A DNA stretch of 64,000 bases from Minisyncoccota bacterium (GTDB lineage: Bacteria > Patescibacteriota > Minisyncoccia > SW-4-49-11): NCBI GenBank assembly GCA_032117235.1, contig JAULZW010000006.1, positions 2,532 to 66,531 on the forward strand, in the 5' to 3' direction. The translations under genes and the position numbers were made by a program. The notes under the pieces were generated by a model. That model ran no database searches, had not been told where the DNA came from, and saw only the letters and a program-made list of their open reading frames with translations. Positions 1 through 9,636 of this stretch are shown here, piece after piece (position 1 is the stretch's first letter; each line of letters begins with the position of its first letter).

Positions 1-114
1 TATGATAAAACAGAAGATTTAATAAAAGATATAAATTCAATTAAAGGAGAAAATAATATTATTGTAACTATGGGTGCTGGAGATGTCTGGAAAATTACAA
101 AAGATATGATATAA
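1..114 (+). CDS. 3' end of an upstream gene (partial). The C-terminus ...NNIIVTMGAGDVWKITKDMI resembles a Mur ligase (MurC-like) C-terminus.
   Basis: Open frame runs from the window start to a TAA at 112-114. The 'TMGAGD' C-terminal motif is typical of Mur ligases. The gene is partial, so the call is tentative. Confidence 0.35.
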   Translation, partial: YDKTEDLIKDINSIKGENNIIVTMGAGDVWKITKDMI

Positions 115-147
115 TAAATAAATATTGGCGAATAAAAAGTATATATT

Positions 148-846
148 ATGATAGATCATATTGCAATTATACCAGATGGGAATCGTAGATGGGCTCGAGC
201 AAATGGTAAAAGTTCAGAAGAAGGACATTTGGAAGGATTTGAGAGGACTAGAGAGATTATAGAAAAAGCATTTGATGGTAGGGTTAAAAACATAACTATT
301 TGGGGAGCTTCTTTAGATAATTTAGCCAAAAGATCGGAAACAGAAGTAAAATATTTGTATAAAAATTTTCAAACTTATATCAATGCTTTATTAACTTATA
401 AAAAGATACATAATAAAAAAATTAAAATAAATGTTTTAGGTAAATGGCAAGAATTATTTCCAGAAATTTTACAAAATGTTATTCAAAAAGCTATAGATAG
501 TACTAAAGATTATTCTAATTATACATTGAATTTTTTATTGGGTTACAATGGGGATGAAGAAATGTTACAAGCGATAAAGTCAATTTCAGAACATAAATCA
601 GCTAATCCTAATTTAGAAATTACTCCTGATTTAGTTAAAAAATCTCTATATACCAAAGACTTGCCACCAGTAGACTTATTAATTCGTACAGGCGGAGAAC
701 CTCATAATAGTGTTGGTTTTATGATGTGGGATACTGCGAATTCTCAGTATTATTTTACAGATATTAATTATCCTGATTTTAATACACAGGAATTTGATAA
801 AGCTATTGCAGAATATCATACAAGAGGTAAAAGACAAGGTAAATAA
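148..846 (+). CDS. uppS: Undecaprenyl-diphosphate synthase (cis-prenyltransferase)
   Basis: 232-aa ORF. The N-terminal 'HIAIIPDGNRRWA' signature and 'RTGGE' motifs of the UPP synthase family are present. Confidence 0.9.
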   Translation: MIDHIAIIPDGNRRWARANGKSSEEGHLEGFERTREIIEKAFDGRVKNITIWGASLDNLAKRSETEVKYLYKNFQTYINALLTYKKIHNKKIKINVLGKWQELFPEILQNVIQKAIDSTKDYSNYTLNFLLGYNGDEEMLQAIKSISEHKSANPNLEITPDLVKKSLYTKDLPPVDLLIRTGGEPHNSVGFMMWDTANSQYYFTDINYPDFNTQEFDKAIAEYHTRGKRQGK

Positions 847-853
847 TAGATTT

Positions 854-1924
854 ATGAAAATTATAATAATGGCGGGAGGTACAGGTACAAGATTATGGCC
901 ATTGAGTAGAACTTCCAAACCAAAACAATTTCAACCACTATTTGGAGATGAGACGATGTTACAGATGACAGTAAAGAGATTGTTGACACATTTTACTTTA
1001 GATGATATATATGTCTCTACTAATATACAATATCAATCTGAAGTTTTAGCTGAATTGCCACAGCTACCAAAAAACCATATTATTTTAGAACCAGAAAAAA
1101 GAGATACCGCTCCAGCTAATGGACTATCTGCCATAGCCGTGGGTGCTAAATCAGATGAGGCTATAGCTTTTTTAGCAGCAGATCATTATATTCATAAGCC
1201 TCAAGAGTTGTGTAAAATTCTACAGTTAGCAGATAGTTTTATCCAACAATCTCCAGAATATATTGTCACCATCGGTATTACTCCCACCTCACCTGAGACA
1301 GGTTATGGGTATATCAAGTATAGTCAAGATTCATTAGTTGAAAATCAGGAGAACTCTATTTATGAAGTTGATGCTTTTGTGGAAAAACCAGATTTTCAAA
1401 CTGCTACTAAATATTTGTCCGAGGGCAATTATATTTGGAATTCTGGAATGTTTGTAGTACAAAAACAAATATTATTAGATATGTATCAGGAATATCTACC
1501 AAATACTGCCAAAATTTTGATAGAGTTAGAAAAAAATAATTTACAAAATTTATCTCAGTTATATCAAAAGACGGATTCTATTAGCTTTGACTATGGAATT
1601 ATGGAAAAAGCTCAATATATAGCTGTTATTCCAGCAGATATAGGTTGGAGCGATATAGGCTCTTGGTCTACTCTAAAGGATATGTTACAAACAGATGATG
1701 TGACTGTAACTCATAAAGGTAGCTCACAACACTTTGATATTGATTCGGATCATATATTAGTACACTCACATAATAAAAATAAAGTTATTGCCACAATTGG
1801 AATTCGTGATATAGTAATAGTGGAGACGGAGGATGCTTTGTTAGTTTCACATATAGATAAAGTTCAGGAAGTCAAGAAAATTAATACCCTATTGAAGTTA
1901 GCTAATTTAGAAGATAAGATATAA
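854..1924 (+). CDS. Sugar-phosphate nucleotidyltransferase, mannose-1-phosphate guanylyltransferase-like
   Basis: Starts 'MKIIIMAGGTGTRLWPLSRTSKPKQF', the GXGXRL nucleotidyltransferase motif. The tracked ORF begins at 794 but overlaps uppS, so the internal Met at 854 is the more plausible start. Confidence 0.75.
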   Translation: MKIIIMAGGTGTRLWPLSRTSKPKQFQPLFGDETMLQMTVKRLLTHFTLDDIYVSTNIQYQSEVLAELPQLPKNHIILEPEKRDTAPANGLSAIAVGAKSDEAIAFLAADHYIHKPQELCKILQLADSFIQQSPEYIVTIGITPTSPETGYGYIKYSQDSLVENQENSIYEVDAFVEKPDFQTATKYLSEGNYIWNSGMFVVQKQILLDMYQEYLPNTAKILIELEKNNLQNLSQLYQKTDSISFDYGIMEKAQYIAVIPADIGWSDIGSWSTLKDMLQTDDVTVTHKGSSQHFDIDSDHILVHSHNKNKVIATIGIRDIVIVETEDALLVSHIDKVQEVKKINTLLKLANLEDKI

Positions 1925-1926
1925 AA

Positions 1927-2922
1927 ATGATTAAAAAAATCATATACTGGATATTATTAATACTATTTATAATGGGGGTGGCTGGAGCCATTTATGTTGT
2001 TAATATAGTTAATACTATTGGCTCTCCAGTTTTAATTAAAGAAGACACACTATTTCAGGTTAAAGAAGAGGAAAGTTGGAATGATATAGTTAACAACTTA
2101 AAAGAACAAAATATTATATCTAAAATAGATGGCATATACTTTTATATTAATTTTAGAAAATTAACTCCAAAACCTGCTACATATAATATTAAAACTAATA
2201 TGAACACAGATCAGGTTATAAAAATGATAGCTAGAGGTGTTTTAACTAGGCCAGAAGTCACCATAACAATTCCAGAGGGCTCTGATATATATATAATTGG
2301 AGATATTTTAGAATCGGGACTCAAATTTAGTAGAGCAGATTTTATTAAAGCAACTGAGGACTTTGATACAAAAGAATATGACTTTATAGAAAACAAATCT
2401 CTACAAGGATATTTATACCCAGATACATATCGGTTTTTTGATGATTCTAATGCAGAAGACGTAATTATAAAAATGCTTAATAATTTTCAAAAAAAGGCTT
2501 TACCTAGTTTAAAGTCTATTGATCAATTGTCTCAATATGAAACACTTACTTTAGCTTCTATTGTTGAAAAAGAAGTCTCAAAATCTGATGATAGGAAAAT
2601 AGTCTCTGGTATATTTATAAATAGACTGAGAGATGGAATGAAACTACAAAGCGATGCTACAGTTAATTTTATTACTCAATCTGGGAGGTCGCAGTCTACA
2701 TTAGAAGATTTAAAAATCGATTCTCCTTATAATACTTATAGAGTGACTGGTTTACCGCCAGGGCCAATTACTAATCCAAGTGTAGATTCTATTAAATCAG
2801 TAGTAAATTACACTCCTAATGAATATTATTTTTTCTTGACTTCTAAGGACAATCCTCCTAAAACTATATTTTCTAAGACATTTGAAGAACATATACAAGC
2901 TAAAAAACAGTATCTTCCTTAA
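1927..2922 (+). CDS. mltG: Endolytic murein transglycosylase MltG (YceG family)
   Basis: N-terminal TM helix, and the family motif 'GYLYPDTYRF' followed by 'LASIVEKE'. Confidence 0.85.
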   Translation: MIKKIIYWILLILFIMGVAGAIYVVNIVNTIGSPVLIKEDTLFQVKEEESWNDIVNNLKEQNIISKIDGIYFYINFRKLTPKPATYNIKTNMNTDQVIKMIARGVLTRPEVTITIPEGSDIYIIGDILESGLKFSRADFIKATEDFDTKEYDFIENKSLQGYLYPDTYRFFDDSNAEDVIIKMLNNFQKKALPSLKSIDQLSQYETLTLASIVEKEVSKSDDRKIVSGIFINRLRDGMKLQSDATVNFITQSGRSQSTLEDLKIDSPYNTYRVTGLPPGPITNPSVDSIKSVVNYTPNEYYFFLTSKDNPPKTIFSKTFEEHIQAKKQYLP

Positions 2923-2926
2923 AACT

Positions 2927-3928
2927 ATGACAACTAAAGTTCATCATATAGCGGTTTTGATAGATTGTGATAGAGAAAAGGCAATTCATTGGTTTGAACT
3001 ATTTCGACAAATTCCAATATACCTAAAATCTGAGATACATTTGATTGTATGGAAAGAAGATTTAGCTGATGTGGCTAGATCAATTGTAGATATTGATAAA
3101 GTTCACTTAATGTTACGATCTTTATTTAAGTTCAACGATTATAAATCAATTAATCTTTTAATTCAACAATATAAAATTGAAAAATGTATAGAAATTGGCA
3201 ATATACCTAAATTTGTTAGTTGGAAATTGAAACAGAATAGTATATTAAATATAATCAAAGTATTAGATAAATTTGAACCAGTTGAGCAAATTAATGACTA
3301 TTTCTCAATTTATCCTAGTTATACATCTAAAGTTAATTATAATAAAAAAATTACTTACACTCCATTTCCACAAATTAATTATAAAAATTTTCTTGACTTA
3401 GATACTCAGACAGTATTAGATATCAAGCAAAACATAGGTCTAATAACTTATGACAATCAAATGATAAAAAAATCTTTTGCGTGTGGTTATGCTGGCAATA
3501 TGACTAATGAGTTTATTAAATATGCGGAATACAATCAATGTGAATGGTATGATGTAATTACTAAGGAAGGAAGTTTTGTATTATCAGAAGACTTGTCTAG
3601 TGACTTACCAATAGTATATGAATTGTTAGATTGTTTAGTAGTTAGTGGGGATATAGATACTTTAATACAATATCAAATTCTAAATGCCATAGCCTCAGGT
3701 ACTATAGTAATAGCCCCTAGAGAAGATGCCTACCAAGAGTTACTAGGTAGAGGAGCCCTTTATTATAGTGCTAACTCCGGCAGTGAATTAGAAGCTTGCA
3801 TAGATATTATTCAAAAAAATGAAAATAAAAAAATTGCAATTAGAGAATTAGCATCAGAGCAATTTCAAAGGAAGTATAGTTACCAAGCTATAGCTAATTT
3901 TTGGGGACATATATTAACTAAAATTTAG
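2927..3928 (+). CDS. Hypothetical protein whose C-terminal half resembles a GT-B glycosyltransferase C-domain
   Basis: ORF 2882-3928. The Met at 2927 avoids overlap with mltG. The C-terminal 'ASGTIVIAPREDAYQELLGRGALYY' weakly resembles GT1 C-terminal motifs. Confidence 0.35.
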   Translation: MTTKVHHIAVLIDCDREKAIHWFELFRQIPIYLKSEIHLIVWKEDLADVARSIVDIDKVHLMLRSLFKFNDYKSINLLIQQYKIEKCIEIGNIPKFVSWKLKQNSILNIIKVLDKFEPVEQINDYFSIYPSYTSKVNYNKKITYTPFPQINYKNFLDLDTQTVLDIKQNIGLITYDNQMIKKSFACGYAGNMTNEFIKYAEYNQCEWYDVITKEGSFVLSEDLSSDLPIVYELLDCLVVSGDIDTLIQYQILNAIASGTIVIAPREDAYQELLGRGALYYSANSGSELEACIDIIQKNENKKIAIRELASEQFQRKYSYQAIANFWGHILTKI

Positions 3929-3973
3929 TTTTAGGATTTGACTTAATATTATAAATTTGGCACAATAACATAT

Positions 3974-4990
3974 ATGAAAATTTTAGCAATAGAAACATCT
4001 TGTGATGAAACAGCCTTGGCTTTATTGAATTTAGATATAGAATCTAAAAAATTTAGAGTATTTGATCATATTCTTTATTCACAGATTAATGAACATAGTC
4101 AATATGGAGGAGTAGTCCCAGCCCTTGCTGCTAGACTACATAATAAAAAGCTACCTGTAATGTTACAAGAGTTTATTCATCGTAATGGTAGGGAAATTGA
4201 TATTATTGCAGTCACTGTGGGACCAGGGTTAGAGCCATCTCTATATGTTGGAGTAAATTTAGCTAAACTTTTAGCTGAAACATTAGGAGTTCCACTAATT
4301 CCAGTAAATCATATGCATGGACATATATTCTCAGGGCTTTTAGATGATAATTTAGAAGGCAATATCCCAACAGAATATCCTTTTATTGCCTATATTATAT
4401 CAGGAGGTCATACAGAGCTTGTCTTGGTCAAAGATTATAATGATTATGAAATCATTGGAATTACCCAAGATGATGCAGCTGGGGAGGCTTTTGATAAAGT
4501 AGCTAAAATGCTCAATTTAGCTTATCCGGGAGGGCCCAAAGTTTCCAAATTAGCAGAGATGGGAGATAGTGAAGCTATAAAATTCCCAAGACCAATGTTA
4601 AATTCTGGAGATGGTAAAATGTCTTTTTCAGGACTTAAAACTGCAGTTTTATATCATATTAAAGATAATCCACCTCAAAATGATACAGATATTGCCAATA
4701 TTTGTGCCAGTTTTGAGCAAGCAGTAATAGATGTATTAATAGCAAAATTGAATTGGGCTGTCAATGAATATAATGTCAATCAAGTAATAATAGGTGGGGG
4801 AGTAACAGCTAATATTAAATTAAGACAAGCTTTTGAAGAATATGCTAATCAAAATAATATAAAGCTTTTAATTCCAAATAAAATTTTATCCACAGATAAT
4901 GCTATTATGATCGGAGTAGTAGCCTGTTTAGACATTATACATAATATACAAAATAGACCACAAGAGGTTAATGGTAATTTGGTGGTATAA
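3974..4990 (+). CDS. tsaD: tRNA N6-adenosine threonylcarbamoyltransferase TsaD (Kae1/Gcp)
   Basis: 'MKILAIETSCDETALAL' N-terminus, 'GGGVTAN' motif, His-rich metal site 'HMHGH'. Confidence 0.9.
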   Translation: MKILAIETSCDETALALLNLDIESKKFRVFDHILYSQINEHSQYGGVVPALAARLHNKKLPVMLQEFIHRNGREIDIIAVTVGPGLEPSLYVGVNLAKLLAETLGVPLIPVNHMHGHIFSGLLDDNLEGNIPTEYPFIAYIISGGHTELVLVKDYNDYEIIGITQDDAAGEAFDKVAKMLNLAYPGGPKVSKLAEMGDSEAIKFPRPMLNSGDGKMSFSGLKTAVLYHIKDNPPQNDTDIANICASFEQAVIDVLIAKLNWAVNEYNVNQVIIGGGVTANIKLRQAFEEYANQNNIKLLIPNKILSTDNAIMIGVVACLDIIHNIQNRPQEVNGNLVV

Positions 4991-5031
4991 TAGTCTAATA
5001 CTTTTATATATATATGCTATTATGTTAATAT

Positions 5032-6510
5032 ATGAAAACAGCATTTTTGATTTATCCACATCAACTTTTTGAAGATATTACGAGGCTTAAGTCTAGTGAT
5101 ATAGTATTTCTTATAGAAGATCCACTTTATTTTAGTGAATTTAAATTTCATAAACAAAAGCTAGTTCTACACAGGGCTAGTATGCAGAAGTATAAACAAT
5201 ATTTGGAGCAAAACCAGATTAAGGTAGCGTATCTAGAATTTCATCAATTAGCCAAAACTGAGTCTATAGCTGATATATTACAACAGCATCAAATCCAAAA
5301 AGTAGAGATATATGACTTAGTAGATGATTGGCTATATACAAGATTATCAAAATATCTAAGTTTAGCTTCAATACAATTAAATATTCATAATAGCACAATG
5401 TTTTTGACCTCTGACAGTGAATTTAAAGAGTTTTTTGAGTCAAGGACTGGATCCCGCAAATATTGGATGAATGACTTCTATATATGGCAGAGGAAACGCC
5501 TCAATATTCTGATTGAAGATAATAAACCACAAGGCGGTAGATGGAGTTTTGATACTGAAAATAGGAAAAAATTGCCAAAAGATATAATTATCCCTAATAC
5601 TTTTGAAATTCAAAATAATAGCTATATTAAAGAAGCTAGAGATTATATAGAAAAATATTTCCCAGATAATTTTGGACAAACTGATACATTTTGGTGTCCG
5701 ATAGACTTTCAGGTAGCAAAGTCTCATTTAAAAGAATTTTTACATACCAGGTTAGAATTATTTGGTCCTTATGAAGATGCAATTACCCAACAATCAGCTT
5801 CAGTTTTTCATAGCACAATTTCACCACTACTAAACAATGGCCTGCTTACTCCAGATTATGTAATAAAGGAGACTCTAGAATTTGTAGATATAAATAAAAT
5901 TTCTTTAGCTTCAGTAGAAGGATTTATCCGGCAAATTATAGGCTGGCGAGAATATATTAGAGCTTTGTATGTACTAGAAGGTAGGAAAATTAGAACTAGT
6001 AATTATTTTGTCTCCAACAAATCTATGCCAAAAGCAATGTGGGTAGCCGAGACAGGTATTGAACCAATAGATTATCATATAGAAGTCCTCAAGAAATATG
6101 CCTATACTCATCATATTCCTCGCCTGATGGTTCTGGGAAATTATATGAATTTATGCCATATTGAACCCAATGCAGTATATGAATGGTTTATGGAAATGTA
6201 TATTGATGCTTATGACTGGGTGATGGTGCCCAATGTATATAGTATGACACTTTATGCTGATGGTGGGTTACTTACTACCAAGCCCTATATAGCATCTTCT
6301 AACTATATTCTCAAAATGAGTGATTTTAAAAAAGGGGAGTGGTGCGATACTTTGGATGCGCTTTTTTGGAATTTTGTGGGGCAGAATTTTATAAAATTAC
6401 AAAAAGAAGGGAGACTTGGCTTTATAGGCGTACAATATAGCAAAATGCCAGAGAGTAAAAAAGAAAATTATACTAAAGTAGCTCAAGATTATTTAGATAA
6501 TTTAGTATAA
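5032..6510 (+). CDS. Cryptochrome/photolyase-family protein (COG3046 / FeS-BCP-like, candidate (6-4) photolyase)
   Basis: 492 aa. The N-terminal 'HKQKLVLHRASM' region and the C-terminal 'WxxFWNF' region follow the layout of COG3046 photolyase-related proteins. Confidence 0.55.
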   Translation: MKTAFLIYPHQLFEDITRLKSSDIVFLIEDPLYFSEFKFHKQKLVLHRASMQKYKQYLEQNQIKVAYLEFHQLAKTESIADILQQHQIQKVEIYDLVDDWLYTRLSKYLSLASIQLNIHNSTMFLTSDSEFKEFFESRTGSRKYWMNDFYIWQRKRLNILIEDNKPQGGRWSFDTENRKKLPKDIIIPNTFEIQNNSYIKEARDYIEKYFPDNFGQTDTFWCPIDFQVAKSHLKEFLHTRLELFGPYEDAITQQSASVFHSTISPLLNNGLLTPDYVIKETLEFVDINKISLASVEGFIRQIIGWREYIRALYVLEGRKIRTSNYFVSNKSMPKAMWVAETGIEPIDYHIEVLKKYAYTHHIPRLMVLGNYMNLCHIEPNAVYEWFMEMYIDAYDWVMVPNVYSMTLYADGGLLTTKPYIASSNYILKMSDFKKGEWCDTLDALFWNFVGQNFIKLQKEGRLGFIGVQYSKMPESKKENYTKVAQDYLDNLV

Positions 6511-6526
6511 AAAATAAAATTAAAAC

Positions 6527-7156
6527 TTACCTCATACCTAAATATTTCAAAATTTCTAAAATCAATACCCAACCTCCAGAGATGAGAATAGTAAAATAGA
6601 TTATAGTAATTAGATTAAAGATATGCCCCCAGATTATACTAATTCCATCCTTTTGTAATAATCCAATAGCATAGAATAACAAAGCAATGGCAGGAAAAGT
6701 GTTGCTAAAAGGAATAAATCCAAAAGGTGCCATTAATAAGATAGCTGCTAATATAATAGATAGGCCATTAATAATATGGGCTCCATGCCCAGCGGTAATC
6801 CAAATTGCTCTATGCGGTTTACTTATCTTTTCTAAACGAATAAACCACTTTAATCCAGCTGAAAAAGCTTTTCTCAGAGCCGAGGCAGGCAACTCTCTTC
6901 TTAAGAAGCTTTTTGGTAACCATAAATCCCAACCGAATAAAATACTAACTCCAATCAATAAAATTGTCCCTCCAAAAACTGTACTCACTCCAGGAATTGA
7001 TACAGGAATTAGAAACACTACAGTTAATAAAACTACTAATAATAACATTCCATCTCGACCTAAAATATCTCTAATTTCAGCTAAAGTCAATTTATCCTGA
7101 GGTAACTCAGCAATAATTGTTTCTAATTTTTCTCGAATGGGAATATTTTCTTGCAT
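6527..7156 (-). CDS. ExoD-family membrane protein (exopolysaccharide synthesis ExoD-like)
   Basis: 209 aa. The N-terminal 'LTLAEIRDILGRDGMLLLVVLLTVVFLIPVSIPGVSTVFG...WLPKSFLRREL' matches the ExoD family pattern. Several TM helices follow. Confidence 0.6.
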   Translation of the reverse strand: MQENIPIREKLETIIAELPQDKLTLAEIRDILGRDGMLLLVVLLTVVFLIPVSIPGVSTVFGGTILLIGVSILFGWDLWLPKSFLRRELPASALRKAFSAGLKWFIRLEKISKPHRAIWITAGHGAHIINGLSIILAAILLMAPFGFIPFSNTFPAIALLFYAIGLLQKDGISIIWGHIFNLITIIYFTILISGGWVLILEILKYLGMR

Positions 7157-7231
7157 ATTATAAATAAAAATAATACTTGACTTGCTATCTATCTATTATC
7201 TCATAAAAATAGATTTTTAGTAAGTGTAGAT

Positions 7232-7723
7232 TTATAATTTATCTACAATATTTACCTCTTGCTCTATCACATTATCATCTACTCCAAATGTAAAGCTGGC
7301 TTTGACACCAGACCCTTTTATAACTTCTGGTAGCCACAATATATCATCAGCCCACATTGATTCAAATGGAATACTATCTATCTTAAACCAAGCTGGTTTC
7401 ATCTCCTCACTTTCTTGAGGCTCTCCAAGCCATTCTTCTGTGAAATAAACATGAACTAATTGATTAAAATTAGGATTATGTGGGAAGTAAAACTCTAATT
7501 CAGCAACTTTATCTAAATTTTTAACATCAACCAGAATCTCCTCCTGAGCTTCTCTGACTGTAGCCTCTGTAATACTCTCAATCCCTTGATTGATTTTACC
7601 GCCAACTCCATTCCATCTATTCATACCAAAACCTCTTTTTTTCATAGCCAGACAAATATCACTAATCTCAGAATTATTCTTTTTGATTAAAAATAGTAGG
7701 GTAGAATCTCTAAGTTTTTGCAT
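7232..7723 (-). CDS. NUDIX hydrolase
   Basis: Nudix box 'GGKINQGIESITEATVREAQEEILV' (GX5EX7REUXEEXGU). Confidence 0.75.
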   Translation of the reverse strand: MQKLRDSTLLFLIKKNNSEISDICLAMKKRGFGMNRWNGVGGKINQGIESITEATVREAQEEILVDVKNLDKVAELEFYFPHNPNFNQLVHVYFTEEWLGEPQESEEMKPAWFKIDSIPFESMWADDILWLPEVIKGSGVKASFTFGVDDNVIEQEVNIVDKL

Positions 7724-7816
7724 AAACTTTATATTATAATGTAATTATAACATAACTTTACAAAATAAAATAAAACTATTATAATAAATTTATAATTAAA
7801 GTAAGTAATAAAAAAT

Positions 7817-8305
7817 ATGGATGATCAAAATACAAACCAAAGTTCTGAGCAAAATACAGACAAGCTACAAGAAATATCTCAAATATACCAAGACAAGCCA
7901 ATTACTAATATAGATGGCACAAATAGTGTGTCAGTGGATAAATCACCAATAGACTATTATATTGATGCTTTTCGTAAATATGCTACCTTTAGTGGGCGGG
8001 CAACTAGAGCAGAGTATTGGTGGTTTTATCTAGTGACTATTGCAGTCTCTATCTTGATTGGTATATTAGAGTCAATTCTTAATATCCCATTTAGCTTAAT
8101 ATCAATAATTTACTCCCTAGCATCACTAATTCCTAGTATAGCAATTCAAGTAAGAAGATTACACGATGTAGATAAGAGTGCTTGGTATATGTTATTAAAC
8201 TTTGTAATTATAATCGGTTGGATCTGGTTGCTCATATTACATATTCTAGATAGCACTCCTGGAGTAAATAAATATGGACCTAATCCTAAGGGAATTGGGA
8301 ATTAA
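7817..8305 (+). CDS. DUF805-family membrane protein
   Basis: The signature 'FSGRATRAEYWWFYL' is followed by TM helices. Confidence 0.7.
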   Translation: MDDQNTNQSSEQNTDKLQEISQIYQDKPITNIDGTNSVSVDKSPIDYYIDAFRKYATFSGRATRAEYWWFYLVTIAVSILIGILESILNIPFSLISIIYSLASLIPSIAIQVRRLHDVDKSAWYMLLNFVIIIGWIWLLILHILDSTPGVNKYGPNPKGIGN

Positions 8306-8352
8306 GGAAAAAAATAGCATCCTGATAGTATTGAATAATATTTAAATAAAAT

Positions 8353-8838
8353 ATGAGATATTTATCAGGAGAAGAAGAACAGGAAGCAAAAGACTATATG
8401 CAATACACCTCCGAACTTGCAAAGTCAGCAACTTGTGAGCGGAGTAAATGTGGATCTATCATCCTCGCTAATAATGTCATTATCGGGGAGGGTATTAATA
8501 GTCCAGCTCATAATCAAGAGAATCAAAGACGCTGTACTTATGATAAAGATTCCTATCACCGCAAAGTAACAGATAAAACCTGTTGTATTCATGCTGAGTA
8601 GAGAGCTATTATGGATGCTCTAGCACGGAATTCAGACAAGATAATAGGCTCAAGATTATATTTTATGAGATTAGATGAAGAGGATAATCTCACCCGAGCG
8701 GGAAAGCCATATTGTGCTATTTGTATCAAAATTTCCCTCGATGTGGGGATACAAGAATTTGTCTTATGGCATGAAGATGGAATCTGTGTATATGATACTG
8801 ATGAATATAATCTGTTATCTTATAAGTATAAGGGGTAG
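8353..8838 (+). pseudogene. CMP/dCMP-type zinc deaminase interrupted by one in-frame TAG (8599-8601)
   Basis: ORFs 8353-8601 and 8611-8838 are in the same frame. The translation reads ...TCCIHAE*RAIMDALARN...KPYCAICIK, so the HAE and PCxxC zinc motifs lie on either side of the stop. Confidence 0.6.
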
Positions 8839-8843
8839 TGTTA

Positions 8844-8872
8844 TTGTAGATATAGGGGAAATGGGGTAGAAT
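8844..8872 (+). promoter_or_regulatory. Conserved sigma70-like promoter cassette, copy 1 (TTGTAG-N17-TAGAAT)
   Basis: -35 TTGTAG at 8844-8849, a 17-nt spacer ATATAGGGGAAATGGGG, and -10 TAGAAT at 8867-8872. It lies upstream of the 8903 CDS and is one of three near-identical copies. Confidence 0.5.
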
Positions 8873-8902
8873 GAGATGATAATATAGTCCCAAATAATTA
8901 CT

Positions 8903-9592
8903 ATGGATGATTTTGAACAATATCTAGAATCTCTATCTCAGAATGAAGAGAAGAAAAGTACTTTGAACTCCAGAGAGAAGATTTTAGTCTATTCGGGAGT
9001 TCATCTTAATTGGATGGGAGATTTTTTGGCAAATCCTAATATTAACTATACCAAAAAGCAAATCCCTATAGAGCAGGTGCTTTTTACCGGGACTAGTCCA
9101 GATTGGAATGAAATATTAATTAAACAATGCAAGCGATCGGTTTCACAATTTCAAGAATTAATACAACAGGATACAGCAATCAAAGAGCTCTTTACCCAAA
9201 AAGCATCATTTGAACTTCTTCCTATTCTACTCTATGGTCCAGACGAAGAAGGTTTCTATAGAGTATTTGATGGTATGCATAGATTTGTGGGTGCTATTCT
9301 TGCAAATCACACAATTGTAGAAGCATATATCCCAACTAATGTATCAGACCATCTCCCTATTTGTGAAGCGCATGTGATTTATGATTTAATTCGAGCTTTT
9401 CAACGCCACGCAAAAGATGAAAATGGTAAAAAAGAATTATACTATGCGTTACGCTTATTAGCTCGTACTTATGGAAATGTGATTTATCTCCTAGAGAGTA
9501 GATTTAATATTACATATGTTTCAGATAATGATGTCCAAGAAATTATTACACGGGTAATTCAAGAAGTAAAACATAATCAACTGAAAGCTTAA
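8903..9592 (+). CDS. Hypothetical protein, possibly a ParB/Srx-like fold
   Basis: 229 aa. 'VFDGMHRFVGAIL' resembles the ParB-N/sulfiredoxin GxHR motif. The match is weak. Confidence 0.3.
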   Translation: MDDFEQYLESLSQNEEKKSTLNSREKILVYSGVHLNWMGDFLANPNINYTKKQIPIEQVLFTGTSPDWNEILIKQCKRSVSQFQELIQQDTAIKELFTQKASFELLPILLYGPDEEGFYRVFDGMHRFVGAILANHTIVEAYIPTNVSDHLPICEAHVIYDLIRAFQRHAKDENGKKELYYALRLLARTYGNVIYLLESRFNITYVSDNDVQEIITRVIQEVKHNQLKA

Positions 9593-9600
9593 AAGTGTTA

Positions 9601-9629
9601 TTGTACAGATAGGGGAAATGGGGTAGAAT
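9601..9629 (+). promoter_or_regulatory. Conserved promoter cassette, copy 2 (TTGTAC-N17-TAGAAT)
   Basis: TTGTAC at 9601-9606, spacer AGATAGGGGAAATGGGG, TAGAAT at 9624-9629. The -10 element overlaps the first ATG of the downstream ORF, which suggests a leaderless transcript starting near the ATG at 9637. Confidence 0.5.
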
Positions 9630-9636
9630 GAATATT

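Noticed and set aside
6687-7100. The 137-aa ORF antisense to the ExoD gene
   Set aside because: It lies entirely within a well-supported membrane-protein gene on the opposite strand, and its translation is low-complexity.
8675-8920. ORFs 8675-8869 (+) and 8726-8920 (-)
   Set aside because: They overlap the C-terminal half of the deaminase frame and the promoter cassette. The deaminase frame explains the region.
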